64,000 nucleotides of DNA from Octopus vulgaris. Its lineage: Eukaryota. The notes below the pieces were generated by a model. That model had not been told where the DNA came from, did not search any database, and saw nothing but the letters and a program-made list of their open reading frames with translations. The position numbers and the translations under genes were made by a program. This document shows positions 38,356 through 52,821 of this stretch, piece by piece. The stretch covers positions 73,346,001-73,410,000 of the forward strand of contig OX597833.1 of assembly GCA_951406725.2 (NCBI GenBank), read 5' to 3'. Within the stretch, counting starts at the first letter, position 1. Each line of letters opens with the position of its first letter.

Positions 38356-39280
38356 CATTTGTACATAGACACATACATACATACATACATATGTACATAG
38401 ATATAGATAAACAGACATATATGCCTGTGTATTGTGAATGTGTGAGTGTGTGTGCGCGCGCGTGCTTATGTCAATGGCATTAATGAAAATTTTTCTGTTC
38501 AAGCTTGTACTTCTGGTCAATTGTTTAACATTCGCGAATCTGGAAGAAACTACTTCCAAACCACACCCTCACATTCTACTTAAACCGCCGTCACTGCTAC
38601 CACCATCATCATCAACACCACCTCCACCTGCAACACCACTACGTCAAGTCTTCACTCTCCTCTTTATTTATATGCTTTACTGTTATACCTCCCTCTGTTG
38701 TAGCCAAGCAGGCAAGAATCTTCCTGTTTGTCGTTGTGCGAAGAGTTATATATCGATTTTGATGTATTGTTTGTTGTTGTTTTCTATCTTTTTCCGTCAA
38801 CAGTTATTTCTAAGGCAACAAACATGGCTGCTGTTTAAGACCTATACCCACAACACGTCTATCATCAACCCTTATACTATAAATGTACTTGGAAGAGATT
38901 GTATTTCAGCAAAGAGCTTACATGGCTGCTACTGTTGCTGCTGTAGATGTTTATATTTTTTGCTTTCTTTCATGGATACCACTAATTACCTTCATTGAAA
39001 CCGTTTACGTAACACCACCACTACCACCAACAGCAACAACAAAATGAAGAACAAAAAATAAACAACGGTAATGACTATAATGATTATGATAAAAATGATG
39101 GTTAATAATATAACAGTAAAACAATAGACAGCAATACACAAGTTGTTCTATCCAGTAATAGTCACAGTTCATAATTAAGCCAGGTCAGCGGAATAAAACA
39201 AAATCAAAAGGAATAAAACCATAACAACCTTTTGAGTTCAATAACTAAAGACAGTAACTGAAAGTGTATATTTACCACAT

Positions 39281-39312
<32 letters not shown>

Positions 39313-40099
39313 GCGTTCACACACACACACATGCACACACACATACATATTTACACATAATCAATAAGCTGTGGCATACAGTCTAGAACTTGGATGTGAG
39401 TCCAAGGAATAGCTTATACAGTATAAGACATAGGGCTTAGTAGACGACAAGTGGAAAGAGAAAGGAATATGGATATACATCCAGGATAGTTTTTGTTTTT
39501 CAGTTATGACTCTGTTTGAACTTAAGGACCTAAATATCTGAATATACATACATGCATATACATATTACACTTACATACATATATGAAGCAAATATATGTT
39601 TATGTATACATGTATTTATGTATATACATATATATTTGTGTGTGTGTGTGTGTGTGTGTGGGTGTGTGTAGGGATCCAAAGAATCAACTATATCTCACAT
39701 TAAGCTCTCACCCAATTGCATGCCTAAGAAGAATGACCGTTGTTGACGTTAAGGTAAACCTGAAAATACAAAATTGTTCTGAAAATGCAGAAGATACAAT
39801 GGCGGGGAGAATGTAGATGAAAAGAACAGATTAGAGAAGTGAATTGAGACAATAGAACTTTATTCCATTCGCTTACAGCTTTTTCATACTCTTGTTAGTT
39901 ATATGATAGATATTACATCAACATTCTCACGTGTATAAGGAATACATATAAATATATATGCGTGTGTACACCCATATATACAAGTATGCTGAGAAGTGAG
40001 CTAACAAACTAATTTCAGAAGGATTCATGGTAGACCAATATACTAACTCTACACAGTGAGTAAGCTGACCCAATACATACAGGTGATACCTGTATTTGG

Positions 40100-42400
40100 C
40101 AGGATGCCATTTATGATTTGCTTTAAAAGGAACAATGGTCATACATTAATACAAATTCTGAAGAAAGAAGCAGTAGATAAATACAATAAAGTAATAAAAA
40201 AAAAAAACATGAATGTGAGGTCTTCGATTTCTGGAAAGTGGCCTTGGCAGATTTATCAACTTTCATCTTGATGTCATCATTGAATTCTTTCACTGCACGT
40301 AATAGGCCTTCAAGTTCATTATAGCCTTTGCCATAGAATTTTAAGTCATCCATATAAAATAAATGGCTTATTTTCTTGCTGTTAGTTTTATGCCATACCA
40401 AGCTCTGTTAAGTTCACTTGTAAGAGATATTAGGGCTATGCAAAAAAATTAGAGGTGAAAGTGAGTCAAACTTGGAAAATATCACAGTTGATATTAATAT
40501 TGTTTGAAGTCATTACTCTATTAGTGTGGTGTAACTGGAGATTTGTATTCCACACTCGCATGCGCTTTAGGAAATTTAAAATCATAGAAATATTGAAGAT
40601 ATCCAGCGATTTCAAGATCCATAAATGCGGTATCCTGTGAAAGACCTTTTTATAATCAGTCCATGGGGAACTGAGATTTCTGTGTTTGTTATGATAGTTT
40701 TCAAGGATCAATGGATTGATTAGGTGTTGATCTTTGCATCCATATGAGCCTTGGTTGCACCCTTTTTGTTCAGTGGGGAAAATATCATACTGTTCCATAA
40801 AGGCGTATGTTTTCTCCGCAAGGATGGATGTTAAAATTTTATACGTGGCAGATAGACAGGTTATGGGCCAATAGTTTTGGAGAAATTTGGTTTCATTATT
40901 CTTGGAAGTAGATATGTAAGACCACTTGCTAGCCAATTAGGTATTTTCGTAGGATCTCTCATAATTTCATTGAATAGCTGAACTAACTTTTTGTGTACGC
41001 ATGGGAGCGATGCGAGCTAGAAATTATGTACTTTATCATTACCAGGGGATTTCTCTTATGAGCCTTCGTGAGTGTCATCTCTAGGTCTGCTATTATGATG
41101 TCTTCCCGTGCTTGTTCTGGTAAATTTTGGTAGGATCCTTATGTGCGTCTAATTCAGCCTGCATTTTTATTGTAAGTCTTTTCACCACTCAAAACATTTT
41201 TCCAAAAGTTTTCAACTCCTTCCATGAGAGGGAGATATTCAATGGTTATTTTCTCTTCTTTTTCTCGAGAATGTTTTCGCATTGGATGCGAACAGCTTAT
41301 TTTGCTTGTAAAATTTGATTCGCTACTCAAATCTTCGTATTCTTTGAGATTTTGCTTGGAGTTTTTGTTGCAGTGTTTTTTTTTAAAGTAGTTCTTTCTT
41401 TCGTGAGAATGTTTTCTCATCATCTTTCTTCCTTTTCTGGATCTTGCATCGTTTTCACAGTTTAGTTAATTTAATATTGATATTTCACTTCTCATTAATC
41501 TTTCAATCTTACTTCTCCAGTTTGGAAGTCTTCTCAGGTTTGTATTTCTTTGTTTCTTCGGAGGCATACAACTGGTTGTAATTGTCTCAGTAGAGGCGTA
41601 AAGGATTTCATTTAACTCAGTGTGATCAAATTTTAATTCTTGTATGATTTTTGTTGTTGTATAGATGTCAATTTTAATTTTCTTTTTATTTGGGATTGCA
41701 TTTGAGAGTTTATAAAGTGGTTCTCTATCATGCATATTTGCATAACTTACAATTTCAAGCTTATTCAGAATTTTCTGCTTCATTTCTATCATAGACTCTC
41801 TGTGGTCTTAAACAAATGTGTGGTCTTCAAATACTGTTTCTTTACCATTATCTGGTTATCTTTATCACGTACATCTACAAAGTATCTCTTCAGACATTTT
41901 CGTGTTCTTGTCAGATGGCAGTCTTTCAATTAAAACTCGTACAGGGTTGCTCTCTTCATATGATTCTTTATTTCCTTTCTGCCTTTGGTCATTTTCTGCT
42001 GCGTGCTTGATCGTAATTATTTCACTCTCTGTGAGTCTATTATTTCTAAAGATATCCGTCTTGATTTTGGATTTCCCATATGTGAAAAGAGCGCGTGGTG
42101 TTTCTCTTCAGATGGCTTACCTAATGCATATAAATAATATGTATATAACTTCTGTATATTCTCCTCAGGTCCATTTGATCCTCTTACATTTTTCTGTTTG
42201 TGGTGGCTGTGACGGTAAACTTGGCGAGCTCGAGTTGGAACAATTCCATTTTAAGTGACCATCAAAGTTCGTATTCAGAGAAGAGTTTGTGTCAGTGGAT
42301 GACTTTTCGACCCTAGGCCGGCTCTCTCTCGCGGAGCACGTGCTTCCAGATTAACCATAGGACAAACGATTTGGTGTACTGTTTTAATTTTCCTTTTTTG
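40100..42400 (-). mobile_element. R4/Dong-clade LINE relic (N-terminal region and RT)
   Basis: NYWPITCLSATYKILTS, EQKGCNQGSYGCKDQHLIN, WTDYKKVFHRIPH and ISHLFYMDDLKFY on the minus strand; many stops. Confidence 0.85.
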
Positions 42401-42944
42401 TTTATGATATTTTTATGCTACATTAACATTTCAATTTTACCATGCCGTAGCAGTGTCCATCATTAGTTACCACCAATACAGCCGTACTTTTTATTGTTGT
42501 GGCTACCCTATGTAGCCATGGCGTCAGGGTAGCCGTTATCACCGTTGTTATGAACCGCTGCAGAATCTACTTCAGCCTGCCAGCTTTGCTCCAACCACTG
42601 TGTAGTATTATTAAATGCTGTTCGTAGTTTCGACTTGTGCCTTGTGCTTGAGATGATCATAAATACGCGAGGGTTGGGGATATAGTAGGGGGAAGAGAAA
42701 GAGCTTAGTGGACACACAGTCAAATACCACCTGTCTGTAAATAGGCTCAACAGATACTGACAAAGAGATCGACAATGGAGCCTTCGCACCCGTGTACGAT
42801 AAAAAAAGGAGAGGTCACTCCTTTGCGGTCAACAGAAGTCAAATATGTGTTTACTATCATAACGATCAATAGGTGCGATGACCTTGGAAAGAACAAGCTC
42901 ACCTTATTCTGTTTTAATTACTGATAGAAAAATATATATGAATA

Positions 42945-45280
42945 TCATTATTCAGTTTATTTCAAGATTTCTTACCAATAGAGAAAGAACCGGTTTCTAA
43001 CTTAGATCCAAGATTCTTTCATTGGAATTTCAACATCAACATAAGGGTATTTTTGTATGTATGTATGTATGTATGTATATGAAGACTTGTATGTGTGGTG
43101 TATATATACTTATGCATAGAGTTACATATCTAGACATGCTCGTATATATTTAAATGATAAACTTCAGGAACGTTTTAAAGATTTTTGCAGTTCCAGTGAT
43201 GGATTGGATCAGTAGCTTTTGAATTAGCTTTCTCCTTTCTGGTTTTGAGAAGCCTAATTTCTCAAGATTGGTATTTAGGCCGTGTATTACATATCCCAGG
43301 GCCCCAATAATTACAGGTATAAACCTGAACTTGTAGTCTGGATAGAGTAACTGCGGATTCCTCAATAGTTCAGCATTGGTGTTCTCTTTTTCTCTGATCT
43401 TCAGCTTTATATTAACATCTGCTGGGAAGCTGATTTCCACAACTGTGCACATGCTCTCTTCTCTATCCCAAATCATTATATCAGGTCTGTTATACTTTCA
43501 TTTTAATGAGGTTTTCACTGGTACACTCCACCAGAACTCCTTTTTATTATGTGTTGCTATGGCTTTTCCCGCATTTCTATCCTTGTTGTGCATCAGGTAC
43601 TTGGTTGATATTTCCTGTTCCTGGACTGTAAACGCTTACTCTTCAAAGTGGAAGGTAATAATCCGGCTATTCGTCTATGATAAACTGCTTTGATGATCAA
43701 TGTTACTATCATCTCGGAGATTTCTACTAACATATCCATACATAATCTTCTGCTCATATAGGCTCATCCTTTCATCTGATGATGCATTGCAGTAGAGTTG
43801 TGCGACTTCTTTGGGCATGTATTCTAGGTTATCAGACAAAGAATGTTGCTCAACGAGCTGCCTTCCAAGTCTTATGATGTAATCAGCCTCATATATGCAA
43901 ACTTGGTCAAGAGATGCACTTCGAAGCTTGGTGGTTAAAAGATGTTGTCGAAGGGATATGATGTAACATTCAAAGGCATTTTGTATCGATGTTGAGCCTC
44001 TACCGCCTTGTTTACGTTTTAGGTCGAGGCGGTCTACATCACTGTTTCTGTGGAAATTATATGTGCTTGTTAGTATTTTTCGGGTTTTCACATCAATGGC
44101 TCGGATCTCATCAAGCAGCCCAAATGTTGGTATGAGTACTGGTACTGCAAACACATTGTGGGCCACTGTTTTATTGAATGCAGAGAGTTCTGAGATTCAA
44201 ATTTTCTTTATTCTGCTGTAATATTCTTTACTGACACGCGTTTTGTTACAAGTGCCACTGTAAAATATATTTTCGTCCCACTAGATACCTGTAACATTTC
44301 TCGTCAGTTACTGGGGAAACAGTCAGACCAATGACGGAGATACTACTAGCCTGGTTTATAGTTTCCCCCTATTTTACAACCATTTAAAAACATTTATCCT
44401 GATCAAACTCCAACCCTACATCCTTCGAGAATGTTGTAACTAGGTCAGAGCTCTTTTTCATCTCATGCATATTTTTTGCATAAAGTTTTAAGTCATCCAC
44501 AAAGAAAGTGTGTAATTTTGGTAGTTCTATTTCCTTGTGAACCAGTGAGATAACCTTCAGACTTCCTTAACAAGAATGACATGGGGTTTACAGAAAGTAT
44601 AAACAACATCACAGACAGGCTGTCCCCTTGGAATATGCCTTTGCGATATTGTAATCTATCGGTGATAATACAGTCATTCTTTGTGTTTAATTTCAAGTTG
44701 GTGGCCCACAGTGGCTTTGACTATTCTCACTGGAACTTTAGTAAGTCGAAGGGCTTCTAGCATCCATGAGTGGGAAACAGTAAAAGGCTTTCTTGTAATC
44801 TAGCCACATTGAAACTAGGTTCCTCCTACGCTCCCGCTTCTCTGACATCACAGTTTTGTTGATTAGCAATTGCTCAGCACATCCCCAGTCTCCCTTTTTC
44901 GCAGCTGCTTGTTCTGCTGTAATAATGTTATTGGTTTCACAATGGTCTTGGAGGAAGAGGTTTAAATATGCTGTATATATTTTATGCATTAAGTCTTGGC
45001 ATGCAATTGGCCGGTAGTTTTTTTTTCCATGTGGGTGGTTCTGCATTTGGGGATCAATTTTTGTCTCTGCCAGAGTTAGCCGGTGTGGTATACTACTGTT
45101 CCCAATGAAAGCTTGCTGGTACAGATTGATACAGCATGATCGGTAGAATGTTAGCTCCTTATAGCTCCAACAATCAAGTCTCTTCCAGGTGCTTTTCTAT
45201 CCTGGAGTTTCTGGATCACAGTTGCAAGAGTTTCACCATCAATGTTGTATGTCTTGGATATAACGCAGGAGCAATAACTT
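42945..45280 (-). mobile_element. R4/Dong-clade LINE relic (RT, restriction-like endonuclease, 3' UTR)
   Basis: KAPGRDLIVG, NYRPIAC, WLDYKKAF, GIFQGDSLS, VDDLK, RKQGGRG, and the RLE PDIMIWD...VEISFP...IPVIIGALG. Confidence 0.9.
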
Positions 45281-45519
45281 ATTCGGATTTCTTCATACAT
45301 ATGTATGTATGCCCGTATCTATCGATCTATCTATCTATCTATCTATCTATCTACTTTCTTTCAATTCTTCCAATATCACATCATAACCTTTATCGCTTAT
45401 TCTGTTTGTTCTTTCCAGCATTATTCTTATGCTTTCATTCCGTAATTCCCCGCCCCTCTTCTCAATCTATCAACTTGTCCTAAATGTCTGTTCAACTTCG
45501 TTTCTCACAAAGTCGATTT

Positions 45520-45913
45520 TATTCTTAAATTACTTGAGGTCTTACAACAGTTTCCCCAAGTGATAGGCGAGTATGCCTTAATATGGGGTGTTCCATCATC
45601 AGAGACATGTAGATAACATATGAAAGAGCTAAACATGGAAAATTCGCCGAAGATAATCCATGAAATAGAAATAGAAGAGATTATGAGTTATTTTTTAAAT
45701 TTTCTTATTTCCTTACTCTCTACTCTTCTATTTCATTGCTTATTATCTTCAAATTTTCCATGTCTAGATCTTTTATCTGAATATTTCTGCGTCTAGATCT
45801 ATCATATGTTCTCCACTTGTCTCTGATAACGAAATGCCCCATATTCAGGCGTACTTGCCTATCACTTGGGATATCCCAGAAACAGCTGTAAGACCTCAAC
45901 TAATTTAAGAATA
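45520..45913. mobile_element. Older fold-back hammerhead element
   Basis: Diverged inverted arms (~45520-45680 / ~45720-45913). Plus arm gtct-CTGATAA...GAAAC-agct-GTA-agac (45819-45894); minus arm gtct-CTGATGA...GAAAC-tgtt-GTA-agac (45539-45606). Related to the 22989 motif. Confidence 0.72.
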
Positions 45914-46198
45914 ATATAAAATAATGTATATGACTTGAGATGCTTATTATGCCTTGGCGTTTGTTGTCCTCTTTTGCAAATATATATCTGCTAAATCGGA
46001 AGCCTAAAATGGATCCATACCTCCCGTCTCAGTTACGAGCTTGGAACTCTGATAGTCCATTACAGCACTCACTTACCCAGCGTACCTATTCGTTTTGATC
46101 ACAAGTGAACTAACATATAGATATATATGTGGCCGCGAGTGTATCGTTGGCAATTTTCTTTCTCCGTCTTCCCTTCCTTGGACCTTTCCTCTTTCTAT

Positions 46199-46234
46199 GT
46201 TTCTGACGAAGAGCTCCGCTCGAAACGTTAAATC
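46199..46234 (+). ncRNA. Minimal Penelope-type hammerhead ribozyme
   Basis: gttt-CTGACGA-a-gagc-tcc-gctc-GAAAC-GTT-aaat. The palindromic AACGTT stem III is typical of dimer-active minimal hammerheads. Confidence 0.8.
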
Positions 46235-46325
46235 CTCCTTCTTTCTTTCCTTTCCTGAGCGTTCAATAACACTATACTTGTTCTGCGTCCTCGCGTTGTT
46301 GTGTTTTCTCTTTGTCCATGTTTGA

Positions 46326-46480
<155 letters not shown>

Positions 46481-46570
46481 AGAGTTTTCGAAAAAAAAAA
46501 CAAAAGACGAAGACAGGTGGTGTACAAAACAAAGAGATATATTAGTATAACGCTCAGGAATACAAAAAGT

Positions 46571-46606
46571 CTTTTACATTTCGAACCTACGCTCTTCTAC
46601 AGAAAG
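46571..46606 (-). ncRNA. Minimal hammerhead-like motif, CUGUAGA variant
   Basis: The reverse complement gives cttt-CTGTAGA-a-gagc-gtag-gttc-GAAAT-GTA-aaag. Confidence 0.6.
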
Positions 46607-47866
46607 AGACACAGAAAAGAACGAGGATATAAACAGTACGCATGTATGTATGAATGTATACTTACATTCATGTATATATGTGTCCGTATATATTATTGAT
46701 TTCGTCTCAAAAACTATACATATACTTGCACCTGAAAAATCGAAGACATTTTGGAAGTCAAGGATCATATTACATTTTGGTTCATTCAAATTCATCTCTA
46801 ATGGAAATTCTTTGTTAACCAGTGTAATTATGATTGTGATGACGATGATAACGGAAGAGTATGGTTGATGATTGATCTGAGGTAGAGAATGACATAAAGA
46901 GTTATGACAACAGCGACGACGACGACGACGACGATGATGATCATCATCATCATAATGAAGAGGAGGAGAAAGAAGCGGGGAGAATGTGAGAGATGCTTGA
47001 TGTTGAAACGAAAGAATCGATGGATGATGTTGATGATGATGATGGTGATTATGTTGGCGGTGATAGTTGTGGTATTAACACGATGAACAACGATAATTAA
47101 TATATCGATAACAGCAGCAATCTTTTAATCAGCAATCGACAACTACAAGAAGAAGAATAGAAGCAAACTACTAATACTAAAAACAAGTAATAAACAATAC
47201 GTTGTGAATAACCAACAACACCACTACCTCCACCTCCACCACCACAATTACCACAACAACCTCAACCCCCACAACCTGCAAGCCACTACCTCCACCACAA
47301 GCACAACCATCAACACAAACATCACCACACTTCGCATCACCCCAACCAGCAACACCACAACCACCACGACAATAGCATCAACAGCAACAACAGCGTTGGG
47401 ATCAACTACAAAGTTGAAGAGAAAGAGATTGAGAAAATAAGAGAGAGAGAGAGAGGTGGAGAGAGGGGAGAGAGAGGTGGAGAGAGGGGAGAGAGAGAAA
47501 GAAAATGAAAGGGTAAAAGCGACTGAGATTAGAGATAAACAGAAGGAAAAAGAGAGAAAAGCGAGAGAGAGAGAAAACTAAACAAATGTTGCGTTCGAAC
47601 TTGTAAAATGTACAAGACATAGCCCCCTAGACGCACACACTACTAACACCAGGGCGTGCATGCACTTGTGCACACGTGTACAAATGCATCTGTTGGTTTT
47701 ATGCTAACATTTCAGTGTCGATCTGATCGCCAGTCTGTGTTTCTATTCATTAATTTCTCTATATAAAGTCCTCTCCGCTACGCCCACCCACTCACCTTAC
47801 ATATTCACTACTACCACACACACGTATACACTTGTCATACATTCATGCGTACATATATGGGTATGG

Positions 47867-47935
<69 letters not shown>

Positions 47936-48366
47936 TATAAGTACATATTTTTATATATTTACACTCACATACTTAGACAATATCCACAGATATATACACG
48001 ATGCATACACACATATTTAATGTGCTGGAGGGGTCTCCGGTGTGCTATAACACCACTACCATTAAGATTGACCTATCCATCCTGCCATTAGCTTTTGTCA
48101 AAGCAAGTATCTAGAAGAATTACTGATATAAAAGCTGATGTAGAAGGAATGATGTTGGCCATTTTCAGAATCTCTTTCGAACGAAAGACGAAGACGCTCC
48201 CACACTCCCGAACTTAAGGCCATTAATTGACACAAGGATATCTTGCCTCAGCTTGTTTCTCCGTCATAACAAAAGGCTAGAGAAGGTTTATGACGTATTG
48301 TCCCAGGCCATATTTATCTAAGGTGTGTATGAACTATATATATATATATATGCATGTGTATATATG

Positions 48367-48477
<111 letters not shown>

Positions 48478-48484
48478 GTATGTA

Positions 48485-48542
<58 letters not shown>

Positions 48543-49179
48543 CGCAGATACATATCTGTATGTGTGTATGCATACATGTGATATGTGTGTGCGTGTGTGT
48601 GCGCGCGCGCGGTTATGTATTTGTAGACGTCAGTATAAATGTTATTAATTAGTGTTAATTAAAGCGATGACAACGATGCAAGATCAGCGGGTTTTATAGA
48701 ACCAAAATAGACTCATTATGAAATTAAGACATCTTTCAAACCAAAATAAATAAATCTAATGCAATACAAAGAAAGAAGGAAAGCAAAGAGAAGCACAAAA
48801 CAAATTTCTTTCTTCTCTTCAAAATATAAATGATTAAATAACAAAAACCAGTGCAGGAACAAAACGCCAACAAAAGCAGAAACGAAGCGAAATTGTGTCA
48901 CACGAAACGAAAATTACAAAAGAGTAACTCGCAAATGATATTTATTTATTTATTTGCCTACTGATAGAAATCTGTTTTTATTTGGAAATCATTTTTACCG
49001 TTGGACGAGATAGAGAAGAGAAATGGAAGGCGGGAGGCGGGAAGGTAATGGACTAAAGTGTCAGATTGTAGTGTGGTTTTCATGTATCTAGTTACGCATG
49101 TCTCGATCGTAGGTTCAAAACTACCGGGGGAAACAGACTGTTTAATTTATACTGCTGCAAGGGTAAAATAAATACAGAT

Positions 49180-49597
49180 TTGGAAGATCCTGGAAGGACT
49201 TGCACCAAACATTGACATTGAATGCTATACTAATACATGAACAGGGCGTCATTGCTTAGTGCCTAATATCACAACCTCGTCATTCATACTTATAATCATA
49301 TACTGCAATAGCTTCGAGCTTAAAAGCCCACGGCTTTTCAATATCCTACAGAAAGGTTTAAGAGGACTACACGATGTAGATGTAGGTGTTTCCAAACTGC
49401 AATAGGACTTTTGCTGTCTGGAAATGAAGATGAACCTCCTTTGCGACAAGGAGCACAACTGAGAACAGCAACTTCAGACTTCATCATTCACCAAATGCCA
49501 TCTAAACAGGGAGGGTCAGTAAAATTGTCGCAACATCAAAGGCAGTGCTCTAGTATGACTACATTTTACGACTGAAACAAGTAAAAAGATAAAAGAC
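49180..49597 (+). mobile_element. CR1/L2-group LINE 3' end fragment
   Basis: Homologous to 28270-28680. Ends aaaggcagtgctctagtatgact...gactgaaacaagtaaaaagataaaag. Confidence 0.8.
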
Positions 49598-50260
49598 ATT
49601 TTGTTGTTGTCCTTGTTATTTAGCCTCAAAACACAACCCTTGCGACGCAAGACTATAGTCAAAGAATATTTCTGCAGTGACCTTTTCATGTGCTCAACAA
49701 TCTCACAACTCTGCTATTGAACACAATTACAGTATTGCAAGGTCAATTTTGTCTAAAGTAGCAGAAAATTTTTGAAAGGTATTCGATTATATTAGTAATT
49801 AAAAATGAAAGTTTTGTTACATACATACGTATACACACACACATATGTGCGCGCGAACACACATGTATAGATACATATATGTATGTATATCTGTCTGTCT
49901 GTCTGTATGTCTGTCTGTCTGTCTGTCTGTCTGTATGTATGTATGTATGTATGTATTATGTATGTATGTATGTATGTATGTATGTATGCATGTACGTACG
50001 TATGTATGCATGCATATATATATATATCTGTGTGTGTGTATGTATATATGTATGTACGGTCATACCTTAACGAGATGACCGACTGCCACCATTATTCAAA
50101 CTACAGTTGAACAATTGTGAATATATTCGCATGAAACCTATTGGTATCGTATTAACAGCACTCACAATTAACGGGAATTATTCCTCCTCTGAGATGTTGT
50201 GTATTCCTTTAATTCGGTAGATGGTTATGTGTTCATGTAGGCATATATATATATATATAT

Positions 50261-51146
50261 GGATCTTTTCAATTCTGAAGCCAGGACCACAGATCTTTCT
50301 ACTTAACTAAATATTCTGAAACTTCGTATGCTGATAGAGTCTAGCAAAACAAGACACAGGTTGGAACTAGTTTATTTGAGAAAAATCTATTTTATGACTT
50401 TAATCGTAGATTAAAACTGCGAATTTTAACCAATCAGATTGTTTGTTTTCATGTGTAAAACTTGACTGCATTCTATTAGTGTGACGTAGAAAGCGCTTTT
50501 GTGACGTACTAACGTTCGGAAAACTGTAAACAAACACAGAACGTAACGGCAGACGAAATACGGCTACGCATTTCGCCCGGCGTGCTAACGTTTCTGCCAG
50601 TTCTTTGCTTTTTTAATATTAAATTTCTTGCCTTTTGCACAAATAAATACAATAAGTGAAATGAAACGCATTAGCTTAGAAACGAAATCTTGTTAGAAGC
50701 CTCGTCACTGAGATGCCACTTCTTAATAGCAAACGAAAGCAAGTACTAACAGAATGGAAACATTTTCAATTTAATACATGTGGCTTATTAACTAGTTTTA
50801 AATATTGTTATTAGAAGGTGGCTGACTATAGGATCCTGGAAACATGAGTACGTTAAATAATTAGAAGGAGATTTCACGGAGACATGCGGCTTGTTTACAT
50901 TTAAGATGTTTAATACGTCACCAAATTGGTGGTCGAGACGGAGTAAATAAAATAAAGCCGAATGACGGAATATCATTGGTTAAAATTCTAATTATTAAAC
51001 AACGTTAAACTTAGAAGTTACAATTCCGTTTTCATTCTGGTTTACAATTAAGTTTACTTTTGACACATTCTACCAGTATACGAAGTTTCAAATTGTTTGG
51101 TTCAGTAGGAAAAATTTGAAAAAACTGGCTTCAGAAATGAAAAGAT

Positions 51147-51148
<2 letters not shown>
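50261..51148. mobile_element. Non-autonomous DNA transposon (MITE) with long diverged TIRs, inserted in (TA)n
   Basis: Termini ggatcttttcaattctgaagccag / ctggcttcagaaatgaaaagatcc, with inverted similarity for about 170 bp (gaaacttcgtatgctg / ccagtatacgaagtttc; gaattttaaccaat / attggttaaaattc). Contains a SINE B fragment at 50538-50600. Confidence 0.8.
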
Positions 51149-51194
<46 letters not shown>

Positions 51195-51199
<5 letters not shown>

Positions 51200-52098
51200 A
51201 TTTCAGTAAAACAATTAAGATTCAAGTGAGTTCCAATAAATTCACATGAATGCGGTACTTAACTTAGATGCACCAGAAATCTTTATGGTATTAACCATAA
51301 AATAATGTGGGGTGATTATAAACAAGAAAAAAGCAACAAGAATGGATTAGTTGTTCAGTACAATTGTTTCATACGAAGAACAGATTTATTAAAAGCTGCA
51401 AATATTGCAGCAAATACAAGTGTCCCGTATTCATCAGCCAAAACACATATGAGTTTTCCAAACATCCTAGGGGGTGAGGCTACACTCATGAAGTATCAAA
51501 GAGAGTTCTATGAAAAGCAAAGTTAGATTGTAAGCAGACTTCAAATGTTCTCTAATGATGCACAGTTTTATAAAAGGTTTTTAAAAAAGTTTGTTAGCTT
51601 CATAGAAAAGGTAAATCCATCCATAATAATGCAGGTATAATTTCCGGAGATATGAGGAGAGATTTTATTCTCAGAGAAGATGAATGTATCCATAATAATG
51701 TAGATGTAATTTCCTGATATATGAGGAGAAGATGTTGATTACACTTCTATTCGTTTCACAAAACTACTATGTTGGAAGAAGAGATTGGCTATATCGGCTA
51801 AAAGAAGTCGCAAAAGAAGTCAGTGAAGCAGAAACAGCCCAAATAAGGACATTATGAGAGGAAGGGGTGTAAGTACACAACCTACAAAGTTTAGTTTATT
51901 TCTGTGGTGACAGAAAATCTAGGTCAGTGTTGCAGGAATCTAAGATTTATAAGAGAACGTTATTTTTGACCATCATACAGCTATTAACTGCCACTCCTAC
52001 AGAGTTAATGGCAGGATAAAGAATATAAAGAGAACAAAAGAAAGAATCAAAGTGGTCAAAGGCTATCAGTAGAGGAAAATACATTAAGAAATTTAAGG

Positions 52099-52129
<31 letters not shown>

Positions 52130-52576
52130 TGTTTCTATTTATACTAATGTTTATACATTGTAAGACAGACTTTAGGTCTATACCTAGAGGTCAATTAATT
52201 TCTATAGTAAAAGGTGTGAGAGTATTGCTTATTCAAAATATAGTGAAAATTATAGTGAAAATTTTTTATATGATTATTAAGGGAGTAGCATTACCTATTA
52301 AACTTAGAATAGAACTAGGAAGTATTAGCAATTTATTTGATTTAAGTTGGGTTAATTAAATTAAATTAAATTAAATTAACTATATAGTCAATTAAAATTT
52401 TGGCAACGTACAAATACTATTTGTTTCTTTGTGTTCAAAAACAGGTACAGTTAGAAAGAAAGAACACCAGTGGAAGAGCTGCAGTATTTGCTGCAATATT
52501 TGCAGCTTTTAATAAATCTGTTCTTCGTATGAAACAATTGTACTGAATATCTAATCCATTCTTGTTGCTTTTTTCT

Positions 52577-52579
<3 letters not shown>
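51195..52579 (-). mobile_element. Penelope-like element remnant with inverted ~97-bp terminal segment
   Basis: 51322-51417 is repeated inverted at 52483-52579. Tail 51195-51320. Both ends abut (TA)n. Confidence 0.7.
51354..51442 (-). ncRNA. Hammerhead ribozyme with ~55-nt stem II insertion
   Basis: The reverse complement gives ttgg-CTGATGA-atacg...cgtat-GAAAC-aatt-GTA-ctga. Confidence 0.72.
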
Positions 52580-52660
<81 letters not shown>

Positions 52661-52821
52661 TAGATAGATAGATAGATAGATGTGTGGGTGGGTGGGTGGG
52701 TGTGAATGCACGCACATCCATACATACATATATACCTATCGGGATGCTTTTAAGCTAGCTCCTGTGGAGGGCTCTTCATTAGGCATTGAGCCCAACGATG
52801 ACACTACGTGCATTAAGTACA

